64,000 bases of DNA from Paraspadella gotoi (taxonomy: Eukaryota > Animalia > Chaetognatha), in assembly GCA_051294375.1 (NCBI GenBank), contig CM119270.1, forward strand, positions 3,281,436-3,345,435. The letters are read 5' to 3'. Numbering within the stretch: position 1 is the first letter of the stretch; every line of letters starts with the position of its first letter. This document shows, one piece after another, positions 50,520 to 62,600 of this stretch. Both the position numbers and the translations under genes were made by a program. The notes under the pieces are model-generated. The model was not told the origin of the DNA, did not search any database, and saw only the letters and a list, made by a program, of their open reading frames with translations.

Positions 50520-51323
50520 GTTGAGTCTGGAAAAAATCGCTTTTTTGGCCAAAAATCCGTATCCCCCGGAGGTCCCCCCCGCCCCGCCCAATCCCCCCAA
50601 AACAAAGAATTAATAAAAAGGGTTTTTGGGAATTTGAATTGAATTGTTTATTACATTAATTTGATTGACTTCTATATTTTATTGAATGATTTGATCAATT
50701 AAATTGCTAGGATCGAATACTTAAATTATTGATAGAGCTTATGGACTGATTAATTATTCCATTGATTAAATAGATGATTGAATTTATTGTTCGATTAGAT
50801 TAATCGGATTGTCTTAAATGANNNNNNNNNNNNNNNNNNNNNNNNNNNNNNNNNNNNNNNNNNNNNNNNNNNNNNNNNNNNNNNNNNNNNNNNNNNNNNN
50901 NNNNNNNNNNNNNNNNNNNNNNNNNNNNNNNNNNNNNNNNNNNNNNNNNNNNNNNNNNNNNNNNNNNNNNNNNNNNNNNNNNNNNNNNNNNNNNNNNNNN
51001 NNNNNNNNNNNNNNNNNNNNNNNNNNNNNNNNNNNNNNNNNNNNNNNNNNNNNNNNNNNNNNNNNNNNNNNNNNNNNNNNNNNNNNNNNNNNNNNNNNNN
51101 NNNNNNNNNNNNNNNNNNNNNNNNNNNNNNNNNNNNNNNNNNNNNNNNNNNNNNNNNNNNNNNNNNNNNNNNNNNNNNNNNNNNNNNNNNNNNNNNNNNN
51201 NNNNNNNNNNNNNNNNNNNNNNNNNNNNNNNNNNNNNNNNNNNNNNNNNNNNNNNNNNNNNNNNNNNNNNNNNNNNNNNNNNNNNNNNNNNNNNNNNNNN
51301 NNNNNNNNNNNNNNNNNNNNNNN

Positions 51324-51439
51324 ACTGCTGGGCGGCGTGGGAGACGCCGGCCGATTGGATCATGGCGACGCCGGAAATATTGGCGCTCATTCTCAACGCC
51401 GCTTTTTTGTCGCACATTCTTTGCGTGCTCGTGCCCAAG
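51324..51439 (+). CDS. Class B1 GPCR exon, ECL2-TM5 (5' part in gap)
   Basis: CWAAWETPADWIMATPEILALILNAAFLSHILCVLVPK matches class B CW...WI...P....L..N..FL..I..VL..K. Donor aag|gtagga. Confidence 0.88.
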
Positions 51440-51639
51440 GTAGGAGTTGGGTCGGTTGATCGGTCGGTCGATTTGTCTGTCGGTTTCTCAGTTTATCTGT
51501 CTGTTTATCTATCGGTTTAACGGTCGGGCTGTCCGTCTGTTTTTCGTTCGGTTTATCAGTCGATCCGTTTGAATTTTGTTCTTTGATTTTCTTATAAATT
51601 TTCTCCCGCTTCTTTCCCTTCTTCACTACCTTTATTTAG

Positions 51640-51898
51640 CTGCGCCACTTAGACGACCACACCAACCCCGCCTCCACCTCCACCGCCACCGGCGACGCCA
51701 CTCTCCAAACTCTGTGGCGTCGCGCCAAAAAGATGCTCGTGCTGACGCCAATGTTCGGACTGCATCTTCTCTTCTTGCTCTTCACTCCTAAGAGCGATTG
51801 GGGGAAAGGAGGAGGAGGAGAAGGAGGAGGAGGAGGAGGAGGCGTTGATCTCAATGTCGTCTTTGATTTCGTGAGTCGAATCTGCGAGGGAACACAAG
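51640..51898 (+). CDS. Class B1 GPCR exon, ICL3-TM6-ECL3-TM7
   Basis: tttag acceptor. LRHLD...LWRRAKKMLVLTPMFGLHLLFLLF (class B AKSTLVLIPLFGLH)...FDFVSRICEGTQG. Donor gtgagg. Confidence 0.9.
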
Positions 51899-52009
51899 GT
51901 GAGGTTCGTTGGGTAAGGAAAGGTAAGTGTGAGGAAAGGAAACTGGAGGAAAGGAGAAGGAAGGAAATGAAAGTGAGAAGGGAGCACAAAACGACAATGC
52001 AACAAAGCA

Positions 52010-52400
52010 GACAAGACAAGCACAAAGACAAGACAAGACAAAGAGCAAGAACAAAAGGAACAAGACAAGACAAGACAAAACAAGACAAGACAAGACAAGA
52101 CAAGACAAGACGCAAGAAAACAGACCAAGACAGACGAGACGAGACGAGACGAGACGAGACGAGACGAGACGAGACGAGACGAGACGAGACGAGACGAGGA
52201 CGAGACGAGACGAGACGAGACGAGACCGAGACGAGACGAGACGAGACGAGACGAGACGAGACGAGACGAGACGAGACGAGACGAGACGAGACGAGACGAG
52301 GACGAGACGAGGACCGAGACGAGGGACGAAACGTCGACATACCGAAATACGAAACTGAAACCGAAATCCGAGACACCGAGACGAGAGACGAGACGAGAAC
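52010..52400. repeat. (GACAA)n and (GAGAC)n pentanucleotide microsatellites in a GPCR intron
   Basis: Visible directly. Source of the DETRR and LVSSR ORFs. Confidence 0.95.
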
Positions 52401-54469
52401 AAACCAGAAAAAACATTCAAAAAGAATCATTTAATAAAAACAGGAGCTTTACATGAACTCAAATGTCGGCATCTCGGCCTACCGATAATTAATTTAATTT
52501 AATTGATTTAATTAATTAATAGCATTAATTCAACTTAATCTAATGATTAATTCAATTTAATTAAATTACATAGTTATTAATTATTAATTTATATTCGAGC
52601 TTGTCATCATCGATATGTCCCTTAAAATTGAGTCAGGGACAGTTATAGAATGTTTTGTTTAGCATTTTAAAACAACACAAATATCCTCTTATTTATCGAA
52701 GCCCAGCGGGCAAAGCCCGTTCCTGCGTCCCTTCGATTTTTTTTCTCGTTTTAGCTCTTTCGTTTCTCGTCTTTTTGCAATCATGGCTCTGACATGTTGA
52801 TATCATAGGGAGTTGAATTTTCATATATGGCTTCTATCATCAAGATCTTTTAAAATTCTCATTTTCATATCAATATTGGTTAATTTGTTTATGTTTTATT
52901 TACAAAACAAAAACGTCTTTTAACTTATATGTCCGCTCTCTCTCTCCTTCTACTTCTCTTTCTTCTCCGTCACCTGACTTCTTCTTAAAAACGAGTATTC
53001 GGTCTTCTCTGCTTGCACGTCTGTCTCGAGCTTCTGTTCCTCTCTCTCGCTCTCTCCCTCTTCTGCTCTCTCTCTCTTTTTTTTTTTTTTACAAAAATTC
53101 TTTTATAGATATAAAATGTGGGTTCACTAATGTAAAAAACGATGTCAACCGGCGAACAGGCGCCGAACCCCAGGGGATCCTTTGGGTAGAGAATAGCCAA
53201 TACGCTTACGTGCGGCGCCATATAGTAGCTGCCTGATTCTTAAAACGCGTAAAGGGGCCTGTGGACGAATACTCTCTCTCTTCTCTCTACTTTTAATATA
53301 AATATAATCGATGCTAATTCTCTTTTCTCTGACAGCGGCTGTCCTCTCTCTCTCTCTCTCTCTTTTTCTCTCTCTCTTCTCTGTCTCCTCTGTGTGTGTA
53401 CCTTTCCCTATCTTCGAATCCGATTTTGCGTTCGATCTTGTTTTTTGAAAAATTCTGATTTATTTTTCTTTCTTTAAAAACTTTTTATTATTGCCATTTA
53501 TTCGCGCTTTTATTTCAAGTACAAATTCGCCATATTTTCATTCCGAAGATTTTACTGTGGATTATTTCTCTTCTGTTCTTTCCTCGCTCCTCTCTCTCCT
53601 CTCGTCTCTCTCTTCAGCTCTTCTCGTGCGTCACTCATCGTTCTCTTTCTCTTCTCTCTCTTTCTCTGCCTCTCTCTCTCTCTCTCTCTTTCACTTCAAC
53701 ACGCATTTGTTGTTTTATTGATATCATCGTCGATCTAGATGAATGACAGATCATTGCGCTCAATGCGAATGACAATCGAGTTCGACGTATCACTGAATGA
53801 CTATCATCACAGCAATGTGAACTGACTATTCATCGCGATCAATACTTGATTATTCATCGAATCAATAATCAATTCCTATTACATCCAATAATTACTATAC
53901 TCAATCAATTAGTATTACCTCATCAATTAACTAGCTTACAATCAACAATTGTTATCGCATGACTTCATTCGTTTTTTCCCGGTTTTTTTTCATTAATTTT
54001 CTATGATAGTGGGCCTCTGGCTCGATCTTGATGTCTTTTTTACAGATTTTTTTATTATATGTCTCACTTCCTCTCCATCTCTCTCTCTCTCTCTCCTCCT
54101 CTCACTCTCTCTCTTTCTCTCCTCACTCTCCTCCTCTCTCGCACTCTTCTCTTGTCTCTCTCTCTCCTCTCTCTCTTTTATCATAGCGGAGCATCCTTAT
54201 CTTTGTATAGATTTTTTTCTGAGTCAACTTATGCATATCATTTCAACCTTGCATAATTTTTTCAACTGTGCATTCCGTCAAACTTTATATCTAGCTGTCT
54301 TCACTCACTTCTAGACCAGGCTCACAATTTCTATCTGCGAATCGTATCATGGGTGTAAATAAATAAAGATTCAAAGTAAATGTGACTCATATTGTGTTTT
54401 TCATTTTAAACGTCATTTCCACTGGTACCGTCACTTTCCACTAAACTTTTTATTCAAGCCGTGTGCGTC

Positions 54470-55430
54470 AATACGTTTTCCGTACCACACACAAAATTTC
54501 AACTCAATCTATCCATCCAATTATGATTAATTGGCGAGTACTTTTATTGGTTAAAATAAGTAAAAGATTTAGTAAATTCGACTTATGTTTTTCCATTTAA
54601 ACTCTAATTTCACTCACCGACTATTCCATCGAAATTTATATCCCAGCTTTATCAACACACTTTCCTACCCACACACAAATTTTTTCCAATCCAACAAGCC
54701 AGCCATCACGAGTTATTGGAGCTTTTTGCTAAGATGGGAGGAGTGGAACGGATTGATTGACCTAATTAATTAATTATTTGATTTAATTTATTTACTAATT
54801 GATTGAATATTAACTGATTAATTAATTTATTTATTAATACCATCCTGCAAATACATTTAATATAAAAGGAAAAAGAATGGCATAATCATTAGTAAAACAG
54901 GTTTTTTGTTTTTTCTTATTTAACTAATTTCACTCAAACTATTCATCGAAACTTGATTTCCTGTTCAATTCACACACTATTCCCTACCACATACAAATTC
55001 CAGGTCAATCAGCCCATCCACTCATGAGCCAATTGGTGTTCAAATAGTGAATATATTTTTTTGTTTTTTCCTTTCATAACTCTTTTCAACTCGGACGATT
55101 CCCATCGAAACTTAATATCCAGCTCATCACACACTTAACCTATCCAACACATCAAAATTTCATTTAAATCCTCGCATCCAATCACGAGTAATTTGTGTTT
55201 TTTGCTAAGGTGGGACGGACGGACGACGGACGGAAAGACAGACGAGACGGACGAGACGGACATCATTTTTTTTGCATAATTTATCATAATTCGATGTTCT
55301 GACATGATCATAAGGTAGGTGTGCCCGCCATAATTGAATGGGGGCGGGACCGACGGGACCGAAAAAGTGACGTTATAAAAAGTGAGTTATAGAGTCGGGA
55401 TCTGCTGATAAGCAGATCCGACTAAAAATT
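54470..55430 (-). mobile_element. Helentron/DINE-1-like element with ~150-bp internal repeats
   Basis: Three to four diverged units (catcgaaa..acacact..cctac..acaaatt..catcca.tca.gag..attgg), a GGAC/AGAC microsatellite at 55213-55260, then agagtcgggatctgctgataagcagatccgactaaaaa with a terminal hairpin. The same end occurs inverted at 41724-41775. Confidence 0.65.
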
Positions 55431-55600
55431 AAAAGGAAAAGGAAGAGAGAAAAGGAAGCGAGGTAAAAAGAAAATGACGCCCCCCCTCTCCCTACAATTT
55501 CATAAAAATAACTAGATACAGAAATATACATGTTTGTAGCAATCTATCTAATGTCTATCTAATGTCTATCTAATGTCTGTCTTCCAAACTCGATCGCCAG

Positions 55601-55719
55601 GGGCGGTGGTGGCGATTTGGTTCCTTTTGTCCGCCGAAGAAATTCGAGGGAAAATCGCGTCGAAGTTTAGAGCATTTGAAAGAAGACGGAGCAGCGCGCC
55701 TGGTACTTTGACGACTCAG
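55601..55719 (+). CDS. Class B1 GPCR exon, TM7-helix 8
   Basis: Phase-1 join gives TQGAVVAIWFLLSAEEIRGKI (class B FQGFFVA..YCF.N.EV...I). Donor cag|gtgaga. Confidence 0.85.
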
Positions 55720-56126
55720 GTGAGAAAATCAATCAACCAATCAATCGGTCAATCAATCAATCAATATATCAATTAATCAATAAATAAATATTAATTAAAC
55801 CAATATGTTTATCAACGAATCAAAGGTTCACTATTCAAATCAAACACTGAAATCAATAAATTAGAATCAAAATGATAAATAATCGTTTAAATAAAATTAG
55901 CCACAGAGATTAATCAAATAAATCAGTTAACAATAGGCAATACTCAATCAACAAATCACGAAAATAATGGTTTATTAGCAGCCACTCAATTCACTGTAAT
56001 TATTACTTTTTCCAAATTCACATTATTGCTTCCATAAAGAGTCAGACTCAGGTAAGTTGGAATCAATCCATCCATCAATCTATTTATTTAATTGACAAAT
56101 TAAACTTCTCACATTTGTGATATCAG

Positions 56127-56534
56127 CTCCGATCTTATCTCACTCGCCCGTCCGTCGATTCTCGCGCCTCCACGCCCATTGCCTCGCGCGCCAAAGCGGA
56201 ACTGTCGCCACGCGCTTCTTCCTTAACGCCACGCGGCTCTCCATTGACGCCACGCGGCTCTCTATTGACGCCACGGGGCTCTCCATTGACGCCACGCGCC
56301 TCTCCCCTGACGCTACGCGCCTATTCACGTGCGTCTCTTCAGGTGCCAAGCCTCTTTCCGACTTTGCGCCAACAGAGTGACACGTCATTGTCCCTTCAAC
56401 GAAGTGACACGTCACTCACGCGCCAATACAGTGACAGGTCATTATCACGCCAACCCAGTGACGCATCAATGTCACGTCGGGGATTGTCAGTTCGATTCGA
56501 CGTCGACGAGAAAGAAAAAGAAGCTTTTTTGTGA
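56127..56534 (+). CDS. Class B1 GPCR terminal exon, repeat-containing C-tail
   Basis: tatcag acceptor, phase 0. LRSYLTRPSVDS...(LTPRGSP)n...(RQxSDxS)n...EKEAFL*. Confidence 0.75.
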   Translation, partial: LRSYLTRPSVDSRASTPIASRAKAELSPRASSLTPRGSPLTPRGSLLTPRGSPLTPRASPLTLRAYSRASLQVPSLFPTLRQQSDTSLSLQRSDTSLTRQYSDRSLSRQPSDASMSRRGLSVRFDVDEKEKEAFL

Positions 56535-57181
56535 TTGACTTTTTCTTTAGTTATTGAAGTAAAATATATGTTTAAAATTCTTATTCTCTGACTTCATAGC
56601 CTAGTTTCAGTAGAATCGTACCTATATATACTTACAATGAATAACAATGTTCCTTTTAATGTTTTCGCGCCTTTTCAATAGAGGCACTGTGAATCAATGA
56701 GCTGAATAAAAAAAAAGAACAAAACGATGAAAAGTAGTAAAAAAATAAAAAATACTTTTCCTTTAATTTCGTAATCGAAAATAATCAGAGGAACTGATAC
56801 TGTATGATCAACAACAAAGAGACGTAATAGGAATGAAAAAAAACAAATAAAAATTAACTTCTAGTAAAATCAATAAGCTTGACTAGCAAGCAATAAAATA
56901 ACTTCGTTTTACTAAAGAAAACGCTTTTATTTTTTTACTAGACCAAAAACAAACCAAAAAACAATACAACCTCTAGTGACAGGAAGACAACCCTAAAAAA
57001 CTACAATGAAAAATTGTTTTTAAAGTCATTCCTACCTAAAGACAAGCCCGAATTATTCGTTTAGTCTATAAGGAGGTTAATTAGTACATATAGAATTAGT
57101 AAAAGGTTCGTATTTGTAGTATATGCCTATTCAAGATGAAAAGACCAAAAAAAAAGGACAACCATGAAACCTCTAGCGCCT

Positions 57182-57822
57182 CTAGCGGCCATTTCCTCTC
57201 AAAACATCTTCCGCGATATCGAGAAAGACGTCAACGTGATGAGGTTGAAAGACGAGCGCGGGTCGGAACCGCACGCCGAACCAACCCGTGCCGCCGACCT
57301 GGATCCCTCGGCTTCGCAGCGCCGCCACCAGGCGATCCCTCGCATCCGACGAGGCGGCGTCGAAAGCGGTAAAAGTGCCACGCCCGCGTACGTTGGTAAC
57401 TTGATCCGGAAAGAGGGCGCCGAGCTCGGTCAATCCTCGCAGCAGACGATCCCCGCTGGCGACGACCACTTCCAGGAGGCGCCGATCCTCGATCGTCTTG
57501 AGGACGGCCTCCAGCATGATCAGCTTCGAAGGATCCCCCAGCCAAGTGTTATAGATGCGATACCCGGCGTCCGGACGAAATTCCGGCTTGTAGTAATATC
57601 CGCCGGTGAGCATCTTCTTGCTGAAGGTCACGATGTCCGGCGGATCTTCGAGGCCCCAGTGCTCGTGGGCCCAAAAGGCGCCGGTGGCGCCGCAACCGGT
57701 CTGCACTTCGTCGACGATGAAGGCGGCGTCGTGAGTCTTGGACAAATCGCGGAGTCGGCGGAAGAAAGAGTCGGAGGCGTGGTGGTCGCCTCCTTCGGCT
57801 TGGATCGGCTCCACCACGATGG
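57182..57822 (-). CDS. ABAT: 4-aminobutyrate aminotransferase (GABA transaminase), terminal exon
   Basis: cttcag acceptor. IVVEPIQAEGGDHHAS, FIVDEVQTGCGATG.FWAHEHW, DIVTFSKKM (PLP lysine), RIYNTWLGDPSK, VRGRGTF and RFRPALVF are diagnostic of eukaryotic GABA-T. Confidence 0.96.
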
Positions 57823-58824
57823 CTGAAGAAAAACAAAAGACGTTCGGTGTAAATGTGTAAATAAATAAATAAATTCAATAAATAAATAATTAATAAATAG
57901 ATACATAAAAAAATAATAAATAGATGCATAAATAGTCTTTTATCTCAAATTAATAAATAAATAAGTAATGGAGAATTTGAGTAAGTATAGGACAATCCTT
58001 GAAAATTACAAAGTGTATTTTCATAAGGAAATGAAATAAATTTAATCATAATCTTCCCANNNNNNNNNNNNNNNNNNNNNNNNNNNNNNNNNNNNNNNNN
58101 NNNNNNNNNNNNNNNNNNNNNNNNNNNNNNNNNNNNNNNNNNNNNNNNNNNNNNNNNNNNNNNNNNNNNNNNNNNNNNNNNNNNNNNNNNNNNNNNNNNN
58201 NNNNNNNNNNNNNNNNNNNNNNNNNNNNNNNNNNNNNNNNNNNNNNNNNNNNNNNNNNNNNNNNNNNNNNNNNNNNNNNNNNNNNNNNNNNNNNNNNNNN
58301 NNNNNNNNNNNNNNNNNNNNNNNNNNNNNNNNNNNNNNNNNNNNNNNNNNNNNNNNNNNNNNNNNNNNNNNNNNNNNNNNNNNNNNNNNNNNNNNNNNNN
58401 NNNNNNNNNNNNNNNNNNNNNNNNNNNNNNNNNNNNNNNNNNNNNNNNNNNNNNNNNNNNNNNNNNNNNNNNNNNNNNNNNNNNNNNNNNNNNNNNNNNN
58501 NNNNNNNNNNNNNNNNNNNNNNNNNNNNNNNNNNNNNNNNNNNNNNNNNNNNNNNNNNNNNNNNNNNNNNNNNNNNNNNNNNNNNNNNNNNNNNNNNNNN
58601 NNNNNNNNNNNNNNNNNNNNNNNNNNNNNNNNNNNNNNNNNNNNNNNNNNNNNNNNNNNNNNNNNNNNNNNNNNNNNNNNNNNNNNNNNNNNNNNNNNNN
58701 NNNNNNNNNNNNNNNNNNNNNNNNNNNNNNNNNNNNNNNNNNNNNNNNNNNNNNNNNNNNNNNNNNNNNNNNNNNNNNNNNNNNNNNNNNNNNNNNNNNN
58801 NNNNNNNNNNNNNNNNNNNNNNNN

Positions 58825-59198
58825 TTGACGACGTCCACCAACGAGGGATGATTGTATCCCAATGGGAGAGAAGAGATTTGCTGGAAAAGATCGAGCAAGA
58901 GATTGCCGTCAGCGTCGGAGACGTAATTGCCGATCGATCGACGATAATCGCAGAAGAAAGCCAACGCCCCAGTGTTTTGAATCCGATCCAACTCCGCCTT
59001 GAGGGCCGTCGATTTGGGGCCAGGGCACGGGGCCACCATGCGCGGCCCGTCCGGCTCTCCCGGCACCAAGGGGGCGCGGTCGACGATGTCGGGCAGGCGG
59101 GAAGAGGCGGAGGAAGCGGGCGCCGTGGAGGTGACGAAGTGTCGGGCGAGGGAGGAGCGGTGAAGAGAGAAGAGCGGGCGAAAGGTTCGTGGATGCAT
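58825..59198 (-). CDS. ABAT: GABA transaminase, first coding exon (middle of gene in N-gap)
   Basis: ATG at 59198 with an Arg/Ser-rich mitochondrial-type presequence (MHPRTFRPLFSLHRSSLARHF), then EPDGP...PGPKS, FCDYRRSIGNY..DADGN.LLDLFQQISSLPLGYNHP. Confidence 0.95.
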
Positions 59199-60257
59199 CG
59201 TGGGAATGTTTGGAAGCCTTTGGGTAGAGAAAAGGGACGGAAAAAGACGCAATGGGTAAGTTTTAATGGGTAAGTTTTAACGGAGCAAATTAAAGCAGTA
59301 TGTGCAATAGAGTGGAGATAACGAGAAAACAAGTTTGATTTAGATTAATTAACAATAATGATTTTATGAAGGCTTGAAGTCGAGCCAAAACATGTCCGTT
59401 TTAATGTAAAATAAATCGTTGTAGAAATTCAAATATTTTCGCTGTTTCGTAATAACTTAACACAACGAAAAAGAAAGAACTATTACACTATGTCTAATTA
59501 ATTAACAATAATGATTTGATGCAGGATATTATGATTATGGAGTATATAAAATATTTTTTTCATATTATGTCGGGAACAGAAACGCAAGTTTTTTATTTTT
59601 TCTAAAAAATCAAAATCTGTAATTAAAGTTAAAGAAAAATGATTTTGAAATTTTATGAGTTTACAAGAATATTACTACAAAAAAATACAATTTGCACTAC
59701 TGTTATGCTAAACAAATTTTTTGAAGGGGATGATTTTCTTTAATTACACATGCAGAAGCATCAAAAAAATCTTGTTAACTCGCTTAATCTTTTCATCACT
59801 GCACCCTAATGTGTAATTCGAATTACGCTATGAGTTTTTTTTTCTTTTTTTAAGTAATGGATTCCAAGAGAGAGAAACAGCTGGTTTTTTATGGAATTTT
59901 ATTTTGATTTGAATTATAATTGAGCGAGAAAAATTTTGTCCCGAACTTGGGGCGGAAAACAAAGAACCGGAGCAGAGAGAAAGCGGTTTAGTTAGAAACC
60001 AGAAAAGAAGACTTTTTAGGAGAAAACAGGATCAAGTGCAAAAGCGGTTGTTGTCGTTGTTGTCGTTGTTGTCGTATCAATCTAGAAATATATATTTTTC
60101 GTATAGTGTGAAATTTTATATTGGAATGTTTTAAACGAGCAAGCTTTTTCCTAGACGTCTAGGTTCTGGTTTAACTTAAAGGGAGAGAAAGTCGCTCGAT
60201 TTTACGAGTACATTTATTATGACTCTCTCTCTCTCTCTCTGACTCTCTCTCTCTTCT

Positions 60258-60296
<39 letters not shown>

Positions 60297-60550
60297 TCTC
60301 TGACTCTGTGTCATTGTTTTTTTACGTATTAAACTAAATACACGGCTGTCATCCGCATTTTTAAAATTTAATTACTATAAAAGGAATAAGCAAACTATTT
60401 TCATTTAGCAAAAGAGACTTCGAAACTGTCACGAAAATATTTAGGATAAAAAGTGACCGATGTTTTAGATGATTGTTGATAACTATTCATGTTGAAGAAG
60501 ACGATAAACGTAATAATACAGAAATATTGGCCGCCTCTCTGAGAACTGAG

Positions 60551-61086
60551 CAGTAAGGCGGAACAGGTACAAACTAACAAGAAGAAGAGATATATGAATA
60601 GTGAAAATAAAAAAAATTAAGATTTATCCTATAATTGAACACATGGAGCTTATTTTATATTATCCAAATGTTAATATAATGTAAAAAAAAAATTTTTTTA
60701 AATCACTTTCAATTTTTTGATAGAGCTTAAAAGTTAAAATTATTACAACTTTTTGAAATTTTAATGATTTGTCTATGAATATTAATAAAAGCTATAAAAT
60801 TTAATGAATAATGATGATGATGATAATTTTTTAAGGTTTTTTAAAATTTGTAGTACTAACCTTAATCTAACTTTTTAATCTTTATCAAAATCCATTTTTA
60901 AAACAATTAAATTTTTTAAAAAGTTTTTTAAGCATTTCTTATATATTGTTAAATATTAAAATGCTTCCATACATGATGAAAATTAATTTAATCAAAATCT
61001 AACATGATAAATCAATTTGGTTGTAGGACTTTTATTGCAGACTTTTTCATATTGTAAAAAATGCTAAATTCTGACCCGCCATACTG
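60551..61086. mobile_element. Degenerate TIR element related to 48110-48766
   Basis: cagtaaggcggaacag versus reverse complement cagtatggcgggtcag, with shared interior. No clear TSD. Confidence 0.5.
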
Positions 61087-61745
61087 AGAAGGCACACGTA
61101 GATGCTCTTTTGATTAGACTTTAGATCTTTCTTTTTAAGAATCCGAGAAAACCGAGAAACGAAATAATTCGACAAAAGACACTTACCCGGCTTATCAGAC
61201 GTTGAAGAAGGTAAGAAATGTTAACAAAATGTAAAACCAGAATTTTGAATAAGTCGAGAAAAACCAAATTTTGTTTTTACTTTTTGTTTTAACTCTTTTT
61301 GGAGGAAAAAAGTAATCAATAGAGACGCCTATGAAAGAAAACGAAAGCATGACAAAGGCGTACTTTACGTGAGGGGCAAAGGGCATCTCACCGGTTTACA
61401 TGATATACTTTGGACTTTTATTGGCCGCCTCCTCTCCTGCCACTGGGTTTATACAAGCAACGTCACGCTTTGCGAGCGAAGTTGGGGACCGAACCCGGAA
61501 CGCGTAGGGAAAACACATGGTTTGGGATGATGCTTTAGCCCACAACGCCAAAAAGGAAGGAAGGAAAAGCGTTGTTGATGAGAAGATTTTTTTTGTTGTA
61601 ATTGTCAGCAACAACGACAACTACAACAACTACAGCAACGACCTTGGTCGAATACGATTGAGGAAGATGAAAGGAGGAGGAAAGAGAATGAACTGACGAC
61701 GACGACGACGACGACGACACGGAAATCGAGATTAGGCGGCGAAAG

Positions 61746-61819
<74 letters not shown>

Positions 61820-62183
61820 AGAGAGAGAGAGAGAGCGGGATGATGTATTATATATTATATATTATAACCAACAATCGTCAACAAAAGGTTCGTGACGAAT
61901 TTATTCGTTTTAACAATCCGTATGTTTATTATAATTCAAATTATAATTGTTGTCGTTACTAGTTAGAATAGTTGTTGATGAAAATGAAGAAGATAATTTT
62001 CATTAGAATCGGGATAAGGGATAAGGCGAGAATTTCGGAGAATGTGGGTTCAGAGTCATGGACATGGGTTGTGGGCAAAGAGATAGGTAAAGTTCAAGAT
62101 CGCGAATAAGAGAGACGCGCCAAATCTCGTCGTGTGGGCGTGTGCAACTCTGACGCAAATCGCGACGTTTTAAAATCGTCACC

Positions 62184-62230
<47 letters not shown>

Positions 62231-62362
62231 CTTGACGATGACGCAATAACCGAATGCGCAACATCCAATGTCAATGACAATTGGTTAAGGACGTCATCCG
62301 TCAGCGAAGCTTTCAAATCAAGAGTTATTCCATTCACGAAATCCAATATGTTGTGGCAGCAC

Positions 62363-62600
62363 GGCCTCATCTCAATTGCTGAGCATGCTAAATGGTTTCA
62401 ACCATGCGTCCCGGGTTCGATCCCTGGTTATCCCGGTTCTAACTTAAATGTGACGGAACCGGTTTAAACATGCCAGTGACAGGAAGCGATCACTCAGGGT
62501 CCGCAACCCTTGCGCCAGTTGGTGAGATACCCCGCGCCCCTGGTATCACAGGCAATTCTCCCGTTGACATAATGTCAAATTATCCTGTATCCATCCATCT
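62363..62600 (+). mobile_element. Probable tRNA-derived SINE
   Basis: Degenerate A box (tctcaattgctgag), B box ggttcgatccc at 62414-62424, no complete cloverleaf, unrelated body and (atcc)n tail. Confidence 0.55.

Noticed and set aside
51636-52434. ORFs with LVSSR or DETRR repeats and an apparent minus-strand terminal exon (51881-51649)
   Set aside because: (GAGAC)n microsatellite translation. The GC-rich part is better explained as the plus-strand GPCR TM6-TM7 exon.
57164-57826. 220-aa plus-strand ORF
   Set aside because: Antisense shadow of the GC-rich ABAT exon.
9918-59198. Functional neural cluster of pentraxin, EGF protein, GPCR and GABA-T
   Set aside because: Adjacency in an animal genome does not imply co-function; conserved synteny or co-expression data would be needed.
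62363-62430. Functional tRNA gene
   Set aside because: It has a B box but I could not fold a complete acceptor and anticodon stem; treated as a SINE head.
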